A DNA stretch of 64,000 nucleotides from the NCBI RefSeq assembly GCF_048593235.1, contig NC_133617.1:556554958-556618957 (forward strand), read 5' to 3'. The position numbers and the translations under genes are program-made. Origin of the DNA: Sminthopsis crassicaudata (Eukaryota). Below the pieces are notes generated by a model. It saw only the letters and a list, made by a program, of their open reading frames with translations. It was not told the DNA's origin and made no database searches. Shown piece by piece: positions 27,209 through 40,329 of the stretch (positions within the stretch are counted from its first letter, which is position 1; every line of letters begins with the position of its first letter).

Positions 27209-29634
27209 TTCTGAAAACCTCTTTGTCAGTGGTACCCACTATAGTCCTACACTACCTCAAAACTTGCAACACTCTGTGGAAACTCAGGTTCAGTATTTCT
27301 CACATTACCCATAAATGTTACAATTACAGAATACAAAAAAAAAAGAGGATATATAATTTTCCTTTAAAATGTATAATAAATTTAATATGATTGGATCACA
27401 ATCACCTCATTTTTATGTTCATCTGAATTTATATTTTGGGTGTGTACTTTCAAAATAATTTTATAGATGATCTTTTCTTTCTTATCTCTATTAGTACACT
27501 TTTATTATACCTCCTTTACCATGGAAGCCCTTCCTTTTAGCAACTGAATGTAATCAAGCAAAAGCAACCACACATTGCATCTAAAAATTTGTTTCATGTG
27601 TTTCCAGTCCATCAAATTTTTTTTTATCAAGGATAGCTTCACTATCAGTTTTCTGAAATAAGTTCCATTGTTAGAAGAACTTTAAAATTATTTTATTAAA
27701 AATGCTTTTAAGAGAACCAGCTCTTCATTTTTATCCTAAGAAACATAATTTTGCCAAAATCATGCATATCATTCAAATGATTTTATATGCATGACTAAAG
27801 AAAAAAATTTTCCAATCTGACTTAGATTGTTTCACTTATGTTTGCTTTTAGTACTTTAATGAAAATGGGTATTGAAAATAAATGACTTATGCTTTATCTT
27901 TATAATAATAAAAATATTTTAAGTCATCTTCCTATCATTGTGCCATTTAACTGCCTCATTATTCCTAAGCACAAATCTGACCATGTCATTCCTCTATAAT
28001 CATGAAGCTTCTATAGCTCATATAAAATCTGAAAATTTTCATTCCAGCTTCTGTATTAACTGATGAGTTGAGTCCCCTGATTTGTCTGTATATCTTCCTT
28101 TCATGATCCTAGGGGATACCCCTGAGGGCTCCTGCATGATTCTCTGATGCAATCTGTTCAAACCCCTACAAGTTTGCTTCTTTCACAGGATTATTTTATT
28201 AATTTATATAAGCCAGTTAGCCTTAAGTAGCATTTGGAAAGAGGTGTTTTCCAAGATGATAAAGTAAGAAAAGTTAGGGCAAAACATCCCTCCAAAATTT
28301 GTGATACATTTTCTCACAAATACAAAACCAGGGGAAAATGGGCTCAAGCTTAGTGAGCACATGTGGCAGAGAGGTAGATCATTTCCCGGTTGCTAGAAGT
28401 ATTTTTCCCTCTGAGGATTTGTGGTTAATTTACACTCATCTGGTCCTTAGTTACCAATGCAGAGCCCACTGTTAGCTGATCCAGATATATGTCTAGGACA
28501 CTGAAGGGAAGGTAGGAGATCCAACTTCCTCCACACTCTTCAGAGCTTTCAAAGTCATCTTCTGGATAAATTAGATGATGAGGGAAAATATAGATATGTC
28601 CGCTACCTCCCAAGAGCTTCTTTCTCAAGAATTCAGTTAGATTGCCATGCATGCTCCAGTCTTTGAAACAATTTGTAGGCAATACTTAGGAGAGAGCCAA
28701 GTTTTCTTCAGACTACCCAAACAATTCTTGCAAACTTCATTACAGTGTGAAAGCCTTTGAGCATTTAGTCTAAGACTTATGAATGAGTGATTGATTTAAG
28801 ATGTTCTCAGTTAAGGTATGAAGACTAAAATAAGAAGAAGATAGTCTTGATTCCATCTTTCAACTTCAGTAACTTCCCAATAGAAAGTCTTATTTTTGAT
28901 ATTTAATACAAATACAAATCTCCACCTAATCTATACATGCTCTTATGATACAATCTTTGCTCATGGCTTTCCAGAGGTTTGCTGCAGGAGGTTTGTGTAA
29001 TATACTATCAGTTTCCCATGCTTTGTCCAAACATTCAGAGATCACCAATGAAGCACTCCCTGTCAAGCATTACTTTTACCCCACAATCCAACCCTCTCTT
29101 TTTTCCTATCATACATTTCCTTGATGACATCTTTTACTTCTATTATTCTTTCAAGTTCCTTACTGATTTTATGTTTGCTCTCTGCATGATACTAATTTTT
29201 AGTTTTTCATGATACTAATCTTTAACTTTTTGGAGACTTTTATATTTCATGTCTTACTCCTATACCATTAGAATATTAATATTAAAAATAAGGGACTATA
29301 TTTCATTGGAAATCTTGGAGACATTGAAGAAACTCTGTAATTTCCCAAAACAATCCAGTCTGCTGTCTTCTTCCTGTTCAGTCGTCTGTATATTGTATTT
29401 CTTTAGTTGTGAACATGTTTCATTTCACTTCACACAATGGAATGTAAGCTCTTTGAGGGCAGAGACTCTTCTGTCTCAGTTTTGTATTTATATTTCTAGC
29501 ACTTAACATATAAAAGACGCTTAATATTTGTTGATTGATTGAGAGGGACACGATTTTGAGGATCAAAAATAAAGTATTATCCTATCCTTGCACAAAAGCA
29601 TATATCATCCATAATATTGCCTATAGAGTCAGGA

Positions 29635-29830
29635 TAGGAGGGATCATAGGATCATAACAGTATATATTTAGAGAGGGACTTTGGAAGCCATCTAGTACAA
29701 CCCTTTCATTTTACAAAGCAAACTGAGGTTTGGAGGGTAGGTGGAGTATGTGACATGATTTGTCCAGTATCACACAGCAAGTGAGAGAGATGGAATTTAA
29801 ACCTGAGTTCTGTGAGTCCCTATACTTCAG
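29635..29830 (-). mobile_element. MIR3-type SINE
   Basis: catctagtacaaccctttcattttacaaagcaaactgagg. Confidence 0.65.
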
Positions 29831-30413
29831 GAAACACATAAAAGAAGTGAGAGCAGGGATATCAACCAAATTGATCATTAAGATGAAAGAATACCAAAGG
29901 TGGATAGACTGGGAAATATAGTCTCATTCAATCAGAAAATATCAAAGTTTATAAAAATTTAAGCGGTATTGCTTCAGATTTTAGAATTCAAGAATAAAGA
30001 TACTTCCTGTGAAGCCTGAAAGAAACGAATGATAAATTTAAGGAACTGGTTATACCAAGAGGTGATAATGGGGCACTCTTAAAGATATTTATAAATAGCT
30101 TCAAAATGTATAGATATTGATAAATCTGTAAAGAATTAAGAGAAACAGAGAAAGAAAGAACATTCATAATATCTAAGAGAGTCATTATGGGAAATTATTC
30201 TCTTTCACACATATACAAAATTCCCTCATATCTTTGTCAGAGACTAAATACTGAGCCAGGTGGAGAATTGATTTGACCAAGTTTTATGGTTTTTATGATT
30301 TTAAACAAATGCAATTCATATTAATTTCCATTTGATCCTAGAAGTATCATTGTTAAGAACTTTATCACATTCATTAGTATTATATTAATATATTATTATT
30401 ATTATTTTCAAAG

Positions 30414-30599
30414 GTACCTTATCAAAATATGAAGAAAAAGTTCTTCATGTGGGAAAGATGCCTAATCAAGAGCCTACTTTGACAGAAACAATCTTCAAAT
30501 TGTTATCCTATTGCAGTCTTTCTCCTCAGTCACTTGGAAGAGTCTTCATCAATTATATGGAACTAGAACAATTATGGAATTTTTTATATGACATTCCAG
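30414..30599 (+). CDS. KIAA0825: KIAA0825 coding exon (S-TLSKYEEKVLHVGKMPNQEPTLTETIFKLLSYCSLSPQSLGRVFINYMELEQLWNFLYDIP)
   Basis: Acceptor ttttcaaag|GT and donor G|gtaaga. 186 nt, phase 1/1, open frame. It has no in-frame ATG near its start, so the ORF track misses it. Confidence 0.9.
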
Positions 30600-31539
30600 G
30601 TAAGAAAAATTCATAGGTCATAAAAAGAAATCTTTTTAAGTTCTTAACACAGCCCTCTTGGAAGATATTCTAAAATACTCTATTTATATCATTTTATTGA
30701 ATTAGTTTATAACAGCTTAGCACATTTTTATCCATATAGAAGCAACTGTTAGAATATTTGTCACCTGTCAAGTCTATTATAGCTGTTAAAAGAAATTATT
30801 TGACATACCTTCTGAAACTGCAGAAAAATGTTTTATCATAATATTCTTTCCAAATTTTAAAATATTTACAAAGGGCCACATTTCTCTATTGAACATTCAT
30901 TTATTAGTATGTGTCATCTCTTAATATAGTTTAAAGAAGGCCTTATTAATATTTTTCAGTCCTTAGGTGTATTATGAGTTACAAGATCATTGCTCAGATG
31001 CAAATTACGAGACACTGATGAACATGTTGCCTAAGTATCCAAGAGCAAAAGTGTTTACTTTTCTTCTGGTAAACATAGTGTATGGTCTCCTTCCCTATGG
31101 TTTTTCTACCTAGAGATAGATGGGAATAGAGAAAAATTGGGGAAGCTCCTGAGTCCCAATTGAGTTCAGTTTCAGGCCCAAATGTAACTCACATCATGTG
31201 TTCTCTCTTCTATTCTGCATTAAAAACCTATTTACCATGGGGCAAGGGGAGTTTTGAAGGTAGTTTGGGAGGTAAAGGAAGGGAAAGTAGGAAGCTAGCT
31301 GACTTCCAAAGGAGAAGGATATAATTGAATGTTTTTGTCTTAAATGTGTCACACTATTAATCAAGAAGATTGTTAACAAGAAGACTAGATTCTCAAAGTT
31401 ATTGATTGTAAATGTCTTTAATACCCAGGCCCACAAATAGTATGTAGACAATTTTGTAATAAATATTCATATTTAGGTTGTAATTTCTTGGTTCCCATAT
31501 ATTTCCCCCTTCTTTTCCATTTCATTCAGAGGATGATAG

Positions 31540-31702
31540 AGTTTTTTGTTTGTTTTGTTTTGTTTTTCTGAGGCAGTTGGGGTTAAGTGACTTGCCCAGG
31601 GTCACACAGCTAGGAAGTGTTAAGTGTCTGAGGTTAAATTTGAACTCAGATACTTCTGACTTCAGGGCAGATGTTCTATGCACTACACCATCTAGCTGCC
31701 CC
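31540..31702 (-). mobile_element. WSINE1-type SINE
   Basis: Reverse complement of ggggcagctagatgg...ttaaccccaactgcctcag plus tail. TSD AGGATGATAG at 31530-31539 and 31703-31712. Confidence 0.9.
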
Positions 31703-31869
31703 AGGATGATAGGTTTTTATTTTTATTTCTATAAAAAGGAACAGATCAGAATTTTTTTGAGTTGGTGATGTAGCCATTATAGAACTTAAAAGCAACTTTG
31801 AAAATGATCCAGTATTTTGAGGAGCTTCTGTGCCATGTGTTTATAAAAATACAGTGATACCCATTTTTT

Positions 31870-32120
31870 CAACATTTAGTAATAATGATAGCCAGTGATT
31901 ACGTAGGAGTGAAACGCACTTTACAGGTATATTATGTCATTTTATTCTCACAACAACCCAGATAGGTAGGTGCTATTATTATCCTCATTTTACAGATGAG
32001 GAAACTGAGGCAGACAAAGGTATAGGTGACTTGCCCAGAGTCAAACGTCTAATTAGTTTCTGAGGCTAGATTTAATTCAGATCTTCCTAACTGCAGGCTT
32101 AGTAATGCTATCCATTGCAA
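31870..32120 (-). mobile_element. MIR SINE
   Basis: Full CORE (cattttacagatgaggaaactgaggcag). Confidence 0.8.
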
Positions 32121-33589
32121 TTCTCTATTAAGCTTTTAGGCCAGTTTCTGCTTTGAGCCAGAGCTCAATGACTTAGACAGTAGTGGAAATCTATAGCTAG
32201 GAAGTGAAGGTAAAACTGCTACTTGAACCTCATATTTTGTAATGTTTCATCCTTTTCTTGAGCTGTCTTCCCAAGGACCTCTAGGCAAGCTCAGACTATA
32301 GAGTTGTAAAAGGGAAGGGATGTAGAGGTATGACAGCCACTTCACAGTCCCTTCTCCAGGACTTCAGTAATTCCATTGGCTTGGATAATCCTGCTGCCAG
32401 TTTGAATTGTAATTCTGTGTAATTTAGGAGATGGGTTTGAGAGTTGTTGTGGCAGAGAGCTAGACTAGTCCTGAGAAAACACTCAAAACTTAGAACAAGT
32501 TGCTGCTCTTTAGTCCAGGAGTCCTCTTAGTGTTTTCATTTAAATTTCATATATATCTTTTAAGGATGATGCTATTTCTATTTTATCCATTCCTTTTGGA
32601 ATCCTACATAATGTATTCTTTAGATGCAGTTAATCATTTAAGTTGTCATAATAACCTTAATAAGATGATCAAGTTTCTTAATTAACAGAAAAATACAGGG
32701 CTTTCTTAGAAAACTTAAATTGGTAGTAGTTTTAAGGCAAACCCAGTTGAGACAATCAATTTTTTCTATAGCAATATTTGTTTACATATAAAATATAAAT
32801 AAATTAATTCATGTGTCCATATAATGTGGAAATGCTAAGTTATTTTGAACTTCACTGGGATTCTACTTTTTGCTTTACATGATATTCCAGAATTTAGAAC
32901 TAGAAAAGACTTAGAATAATCTAGGTGGGTTTTCATAGATGAAACTGAAGCAGGCCTGAAGCAAAGCACTGGTGTGGACCAAGCAAAGAACTGCATGTTC
33001 ATTATGCATTACTGTCCAGGGGAGCCTTTGAATATTCACAGTAATTCTTGAAAAGTATTACAAAATCAATACTTATATGACATGGACGGATGAATTTGGG
33101 GGTGCTTTACAACATATATGCTTACAAAATGTAATACTAAAAAGTTTCCTCTTATCCTCTCCTGAAACTTTTACTGCTGCCATACTTACCTTTATTTTCT
33201 CTGCCCAGAAAAATTAAGTAGTTTATATATGATCACCCATATAGTTCATAGTAGATAATAACAGAACAAAGATCTCTGGCTTTCCCTATTGAATATTCTT
33301 TATTTTTTACCTTGAAATAATTTTTTAAAATTTTAAATGAAGAACACTGCTTCTTCTTTCACATCCTCTAATGAAATAGACTTCTTGAAATTACTATTAT
33401 AAACTTAACAGATACCATGAAAGATGAGTAAGAATATTTTTCTAAAAATAAGACTTAAAATGGACATATATTCTGATATGGTCAAAATTTGCCATAGCAT
33501 TTTAATAAATGTTCTTTATCACAGCTTCAGGTAGCTCCTTTTTTGTTCTAGGAAGAGTTTCTAGTCATTAGGTAGAAGACACTTCTCTG

Positions 33590-34195
33590 CCCTGTGATTA
33601 AATATGGGACTGCATAAAATGGATGTGGAATAGGAATATGAAAACAACTATGTTAAACAGAAATGGTGGACAAGAAAGAAGCAGCAGCAGCAGGTAGCCT
33701 GTCATAGAAATAGTAAAGTAGAACAATTCTAAAAATCCGGGCAATATGAAACTGGAGGAGAGCAATTGAGTGGAGAAAGAGGGAAAACAGAGAGAATTAG
33801 AACTGAGCAGTATGAAAGTTAGAAGTCAGCAGCTAGATCTAGAGATCCATGGGTATATAAGAATAGGCTCTGCAAGATGACCTGGCCAGAGCAATAGCAG
33901 AAGCCAATTCCAAGGCATTATCACTGATTCCCTGTTTCTTTGAGACTGGAGGAAAAGAAACTCCCAAGAGGCAAATAGTGTTGGATTTATTATCACTAGG
34001 GGTGTGAATCTGAAAGGATATTGTCCTTTTGCCAAGGGAAAGTAGAGGAATCAGAGGAAGATTTGAGTATCAATTCTCTGGAGACATTGGAAAGGATACT
34101 CATATTATGTCCAAGTGCAGAGATCTTATTATTCTGTCTTAATTAAATGCTTTCCTGTTTTTGGCTTTGTGTGCCTTTAATTAAGAAAATATAGA
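33590..34195. mobile_element. possible old LTR remnant
   Basis: LTR-like composition only; no termini or TSD resolved. Confidence 0.3.
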
Positions 34196-34489
34196 GTTAA
34201 AAGCAATAAACATTTATTAAGGACTTGCTAAATGCTAGGGACACAAAGAAAGTTAGAAGAATCAGAAGAGAGCCTCAGAAGGCTTGCAATCAATTGAAGA
34301 AAGTCAATACATACAAAGAATATTTTTCTTGAGAATTTTTTTGGAAAGATAGGGTGTGGGGAAGAATATGTTGGATTTTTTCCACAACATGACTTTTATG
34401 GAAATGTTTTGCATAACTTCACATGTGCCTTCTTAATGAGGGAGTGAAGTTAGGGAGGGAGGAAGAGAAAAAATTTGGAACTCAAAATC

Positions 34490-35198
34490 TTATTTTTTAA
34501 ATAACAATAGCTTTTTATTTTTCAAAATATATGAAAAGACAATTTTCAACATTCATCCTTGCAAAACCCCCTGTTTGAAATTTTTCTTCCTCCCTCTCCA
34601 CTTTCCCCTTCCTCTAGACAGCAAATAATCCAACACAGGTTAAACATGTGAAAAATCGGATCAAAAAGAAAAAAAAAATTGACAAAGAAAACAAGCAAGC
34701 AAAAATCAACAACAAAAATGGTGAAAATAGTATGTTGTGATCCACATTCAGTAACATAGTCCTCTCTCTGGATGTAAATGACTCTCTCCATCATAAGTCT
34801 ATTGGAATTGGCCTGAAACATCTCATTGTTGAAAAGAGCCAAGTCCATCACAGTTAATCATTACATAATATTGTCAAAGTGTACAATGTTCTCCTGGTTC
34901 TGCTCATTCCACTTAGCATCAGTTTATGTAAGTCTCTCAAGGCCTCTCTGAAATCATTCTGCTGATCATTTCTTATAGAACAATAATATTCCATTACATT
35001 CATATACCATAACTTATTCAGCCATTCTCCAATTGATGGGCATCCAGTCAGTTTCCAGTTCCTTGCCACTACAAAAAGGGCTGCCACAATTTTTGCAATT
35101 GGGTCCTTTCGCCTTTTTATGGTCTCTTTGGGACAAAGGCCCAGTAGCAACACTGCTGGTTCAAAGGGTATGCATAGTTTAATAGCTCTTTGGACATA
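34490..35198 (-). mobile_element. 5'-truncated L1 inserted into an older + strand L1 3' end (about 34320-34490 and 35200-35290)
   Basis: ORF2 C-terminus (AALFVVARNWK...WLNKLWY) plus 3'UTR. Degenerate TSD ggaactcaaaat / ggaagtcagaat. Confidence 0.85.
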
Positions 35199-36105
35199 GG
35201 AAGTCAGAATTTTTAAAGGAAATGTTAAAAATTGTTTTACATGTAAGAGGGAAATAAAATATTAAATAAATTAAGTTAAAAAAATTTTTAAAGGAGCTGA
35301 AAAGGAGAGGACTATGATCTAAATACTTGGTGAACCCAAATAATATATGGAACCTGGGAAGTTGTTAAAAGTCCCAGAGATAAGTGACAACATATAGACT
35401 CTTAGTTTCAAGAATTCAAAGATCTGTACCTTCATCCTACTGATATTCCCTCCTTTTAAATGGATCACAAACACTTGGTGTCTTAATATAGTCCATTTAA
35501 TGAATTACTCTGACCCATGCCATAATTTTTAGGAACAAAAGTAAAAAATGTAAACAAAATAGACAAAAGTGTAATTTAGACTTTTATTTGGACAATTCAA
35601 AACCTTATACATGAAATCACTTGGGCAGTTTCACTGTCATCTATATTTGTTTAAGTATATTATGGTAGGAAATAGTTCTTTCACATGCACCAGAGTTAGG
35701 CAATATTAAATTAAATTTATAAACCTATAAAATAGTGTTGTAAACTCTGCTATAAAAGTTAAGAATGTTTAAGATGATGAAGAGCTTCTTATAGCTATTC
35801 ACAGTACCACATTGAAAAAAGCAAAAATGACAATTGCTCATATTTGTCATTTTTGCTTTTTCAGTATGGTACTAGGCTTTTAAAAACTTTCTTTTACTGT
35901 ATCATAGTCTCTTGCAGAGAACAATTAATTTTCTTAGCAAAATATTTCCTATCAACTTTGAAATCCTAAATTTCCTTTTTGGATTTCACTAGCCTATTTG
36001 AGATATATGAAAACTGGGAAAAGAATATAACCATACAAATAGGAAATATTTACATTATTGTTATTATTGTTGACACAAAGATTACTTAACATTATATCAT
36101 CCCAT

Positions 36106-37666
36106 TATCAAAACCATTTGGTACTAGCTAAGAAATAGAATAGTCTATTATTAGGTTAGATGTACAAGACAAAATAGTGAATAACTATAGCAATCTACTG
36201 CTTGACAAACCTAAAGACCCCAGCTTTTGGTATAAGAACTCACTATTTGACAAAAACTGATGGGAAAATTGGAAACTAGTATGGCAGAAACTAGACACTG
36301 ATCCACACCTAACACCATATGTCAAGATAAGATCGAAATGGGTTCATGATTTAGACATAAAGAGTGATATTATAAGCAAATGAAAAGAACATAGAATAGT
36401 TTACCTCTCAGATCTGTGGAGAAGGAAGAATTTTGTGACCAAAGAACTGCAACTCATCACTGAACACCAAATGGATAATTTTGATTATATTAAGTTAAAA
36501 GCTTTTTGTACAAACAAAACTAATGCAGACAAGATTAGAAGGGAAGCAATAAACTGGGAAAACAATTTCACATTTAAAGGTTCTGATAAAAGTCTCATTT
36601 CTAAAATATATAGAGAATTGACTCAAATTTATAAGAATTCAAGCCATTCTCCAATTGATAAATGGTCAAAGAATATGTATAAACAATTTTCAGATGAAGA
36701 AATTGAAACTATTTCTAGTTATATGAAAAGATGGTCTAAATCACTATTGACAAGAGAAATGCAGATTAAGACTCTGAGATACCACTACAGATACCTCTCA
36801 GATTGGCTAAAATGACAGGAAAAGATAATGATAAATGTTGAAGAGAAAGTGGGAAAACTGGGACAGTGATACATTGTTGGTGGAATTGTGAACAGATCCA
36901 ACCATTCTGGAGAGCAATTTGGAATTATGCTCAAAAAGTTATCAGTGATCCAGCTATGTCTCTACTGGGCTTATATCTCAAAAAGATCTTAGAAGGAAAG
37001 GGACTTACATGTGCAAAAATGTTTGTGGTAGCCCTTTTTGTAGTGGCAAGAAACTGGAAACTAAGTGGATGCCCATCAGTTGGAGAATGGCTGAATAAGT
37101 TATGGCATATGAATGTTGTGGAATATTATTGTTCTGTAAGAAATGATCAGCAGAGTGATTTCAGAGAGGCCTGGAGAGACATTAAGTGATGCTGAGTGAA
37201 ATGAGCAAAACCAGGAGATCATTGTACACAACAGCAAGGTTATGTGATGATCAATTATGACAGACGTGGCACTTCTCAACAATGAGATGATTGAGGCCAT
37301 TTCCAATGATCTTATGATGATGAGAGCTATCTGCATTCAGAAAGAGGACTGTGGAAACTGAGTGTGGACCACAACATAGCATTTTCACACTTTTTATTGT
37401 TTGCTTGCATTTTATTTTCTTTCTTTTTTTTCCTATTTTATTTGATTTTCCTTGTACAGCAAAATAATTGTATAAATATGTATACATATATTGGATTTAG
37501 CATATATTTCTACCATGTTTAACATGTATTGGATTAATTGCCATCTAAGGGAGGAAATGGGAGAAGGGGAGAGAAAATTGGAACACAAAGTTTTGCAAAA
37601 GTTAATGTTGAAAAATTATCCATGCATATGTTTTGAAAATAAAAAGCTTTAATTAAAAATAAATAA
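36106..37666 (+). mobile_element. 5'-truncated L1
   Basis: ORF2 C-terminus (FDYIKLKAFCT, HCWWNC), 3'UTR and A-rich tail. 12-bp TSD ATATCATC(C/T)CAT at 36094-36105 and 37667-37678. Confidence 0.92.
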
Positions 37667-37798
37667 ATATCATCTCATGATCACAATTATTTCATATCTA
37701 GATAGGTCATATTTCTAGCACAATGTGACTACTGGATTATAATTATTGTTATATATTATATTATCTGGATTATAAATTAAATTCTTGATGTATTTTTT

Positions 37799-38335
37799 TC
37801 TTTTTTTTTATTAATAGTTTTTATTTACCAGATATATGCATGGGTAATTTTACAACATTGACAATTGCCAAACCTTTTGTTCTAATTTTCCCCTCCTTCC
37901 CCTCCCCTCCCCCCTTCCCCCATTGGCAGGTTGACCAATACATGTTCAATATGTTAAAGTATAAATTAAATACAATATATGTATACATGACCCATGACCA
38001 AACAGTTGTTTTGCTGTCCAAATAGAATCGGACTTTGAAATAGAGTACAATTTAGCCTGTGAAGGAAATCCAAAATGCAGGCAGACAAAATTAGAGGGAT
38101 TGGGAATTCTATGTAGTGGTTCATAGTCATCTCCAGAGTTCTTTCTCTGGGTGTAGCTGGTTCAGTTCATGACTGCTCCATTGGAACTGACTTGGTTCAT
38201 CTCACTGTTGAAAATGGCCACATCCATCAGAATTGATCATCATACAGTATTGTTGTTGAAGCACCCAACAATCTCCCAGTCTTACTCATTTCACTCAGCA
38301 TCAGTTCATGTAAGTCTCTCCAGGACTTTCTGAAA
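37799..38335 (-). mobile_element. short L1 3' fragment
   Basis: TSD TCTTGATGTATTTTTT at 37783-37798 and 38336-38351. Confidence 0.9.
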
Positions 38336-38864
38336 TCTTGATGTATTTTTTAAAACTATGGTTTTTTTTTTAAAACACATTATAGCCATTTATTTTGCAT
38401 TTTTGTTATTTTAAGTTCATCCCCATATGATTTTTCTTCTTTTTTTGATTTTAATATATTCTTATTACCAGGGTCATGACTATTGAAAAAGTATTTTAAA
38501 CCAGTATACATTTTGTGCTATTTTGGATAGCAAATTTTCTAGTATTATATCAATGCAAGTAAAAATTTTCCCTCTCTTAAAAATATATCTAGAATAACAA
38601 AATTACATATGCCACATGAATTGTCAGTGAAAATGTTCTTTGGGTGTGCTATACATTCCTAACACTTGCCTCAGACTTTTTTGAAAAATACTATAAATAT
38701 TTTTAGAAACATCTGAAAAATAATATGGTTTTAAATGTTTATAAAATGTTCACTTTCCACAGGATAAGTCTCTTCAATTAACCAGACCCTTAAGGTCACC
38801 TTAAAGCCTGAACTTTAAAAACTTTTCTTTAAACTTATCTTTTAAGAGGAGACCAGTCACATTC

Positions 38865-39060
38865 AAGGCAGTGTTGACATAGTAGAAAAAGGACTGACCT
38901 TGGAGTCAGAAAAAACAGGGATCAAATTGATATATATTCCTGATTCTGGGGCAAATCACTTAATCTCTCGGTGCCCTAGGCAACTCTTTGAAACTATAAA
39001 TTACAAAGAAGTTGGTGATCTAAAACCCAAGTTTTCCACACAAGAAAACAAGTGAAAGTT
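38865..39060 (+). mobile_element. MIR-type SINE
   Basis: ggactgaccttggagtcagaa...gggcaaatcacttaatctctc. Confidence 0.6.
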
Positions 39061-39830
39061 AATGGGTTTCAACAGAATTACAGAATTTCTGAGTTAGAAG
39101 AGACCATCTATTGAAAAAGCCAGTGTATTTGGTAAATTATATTTATGGTACTGAGCAGAAGTAGAACTAAAGCTCTGAAGTCTTGCCCATTACAAATACA
39201 TCCTTTTCCAAAAAACTTGTTAATTATTGCCTTGTGGCTAGAAAGACTTATCATAGAAAAGGAAAGCTGAGGTACTTGACAAAAGTCCAATACTGCCTGA
39301 AAACTACAAAAAGATGCCATGGATCTGTGATTTCACAATCACATATTTGTCATTGCATGAAAAATCAAAAAGTATCCAACTATATTCACCTTTCTAATAT
39401 CACAATTCCATTTCAGAAGAAAGAATCTTTGTATATAAAAATTTTTTCCAGAGCATCTTCTATATTAGAGGTCCAGACTCCTAGTATCATCTAGTCCCAT
39501 CCCTTTAAAGAGGATCAAAGGGAGTTCTAGAGAGGCTAAGAACAACATCAGGTCAGAGACAGGACAAAAGAATTACATCTCCTGACCACCATTCCTGGAC
39601 AAGCATTTAATGGGTGCATCTACTTTATTTCCAGCCCTTCCCATCACAAAAAGTGCTGCTATAAATATTCTGACTAATAAGGAGTCTTTTTTTTTTTTTT
39701 TTTTTTTTAATAAACTCCCTGGGAAAGCTACCAGAGTCATTTCCATCAAGGGGCTGTCCTTACCACTAGAATGGGAACAGTGTCAGAAGAGAGAAGAGGC
39801 TATATTCAAAAGACGTTACAAAAGTGAAAT

Positions 39831-40326
39831 TGTTAGATCTTGGCAGCAAATTGGAGATTGGGAATAAGAGAGAGTAGGGAACTTGGGCTAACTCCTGGTG
39901 TGTGGGACAGGGTTGGGTGCAAGACCCTCTTCCCAATCCAATTAACTAATCAGAGACGTACAAAGAGAAAACATTTATTTAATCCCTGTGGGGAGAGGCC
40001 CAGACACACACCTAGGAGCCATCCCAACTCCTGCCATGTACACCTGGAACCTGGGCAGATTTAAAAGGCAAAGGACTGGAGCTTCTCATTGTATAGACTA
40101 AATGGACATAATCGTCCTTGACAAATGATCACTAATGCTGGCTGCCTCCCACAGGTCACTTCACTTTCTACAACTTCCTGTATGTCAGGTTCAAAGTTCA
40201 TTCCTCCAGAGAGTAAATGACCTCCCCCAAGGTCCCAGTTCTGGAAACAGGCATCATGTGACTCAATACTGAGAAATACTTCATCCAATCAGTCCCATTC
40301 ACTAGGTTGTGAGCCTGCTAACTACA
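39831..40326 (-). mobile_element. solo LTR inserted in an L2
   Basis: TG...CA termini; 5-bp TSD GAAAT/GTAAT (1 mismatch); AATAAA on the - strand at 39974-39979. Confidence 0.7.
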
Positions 40327-40329
40327 GTA

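Noticed and set aside
34546-38025. Multiple 60-126 aa ORFs as host genes
   Set aside because: All map onto L1 ORF2 or 3'UTR fragments on either strand.
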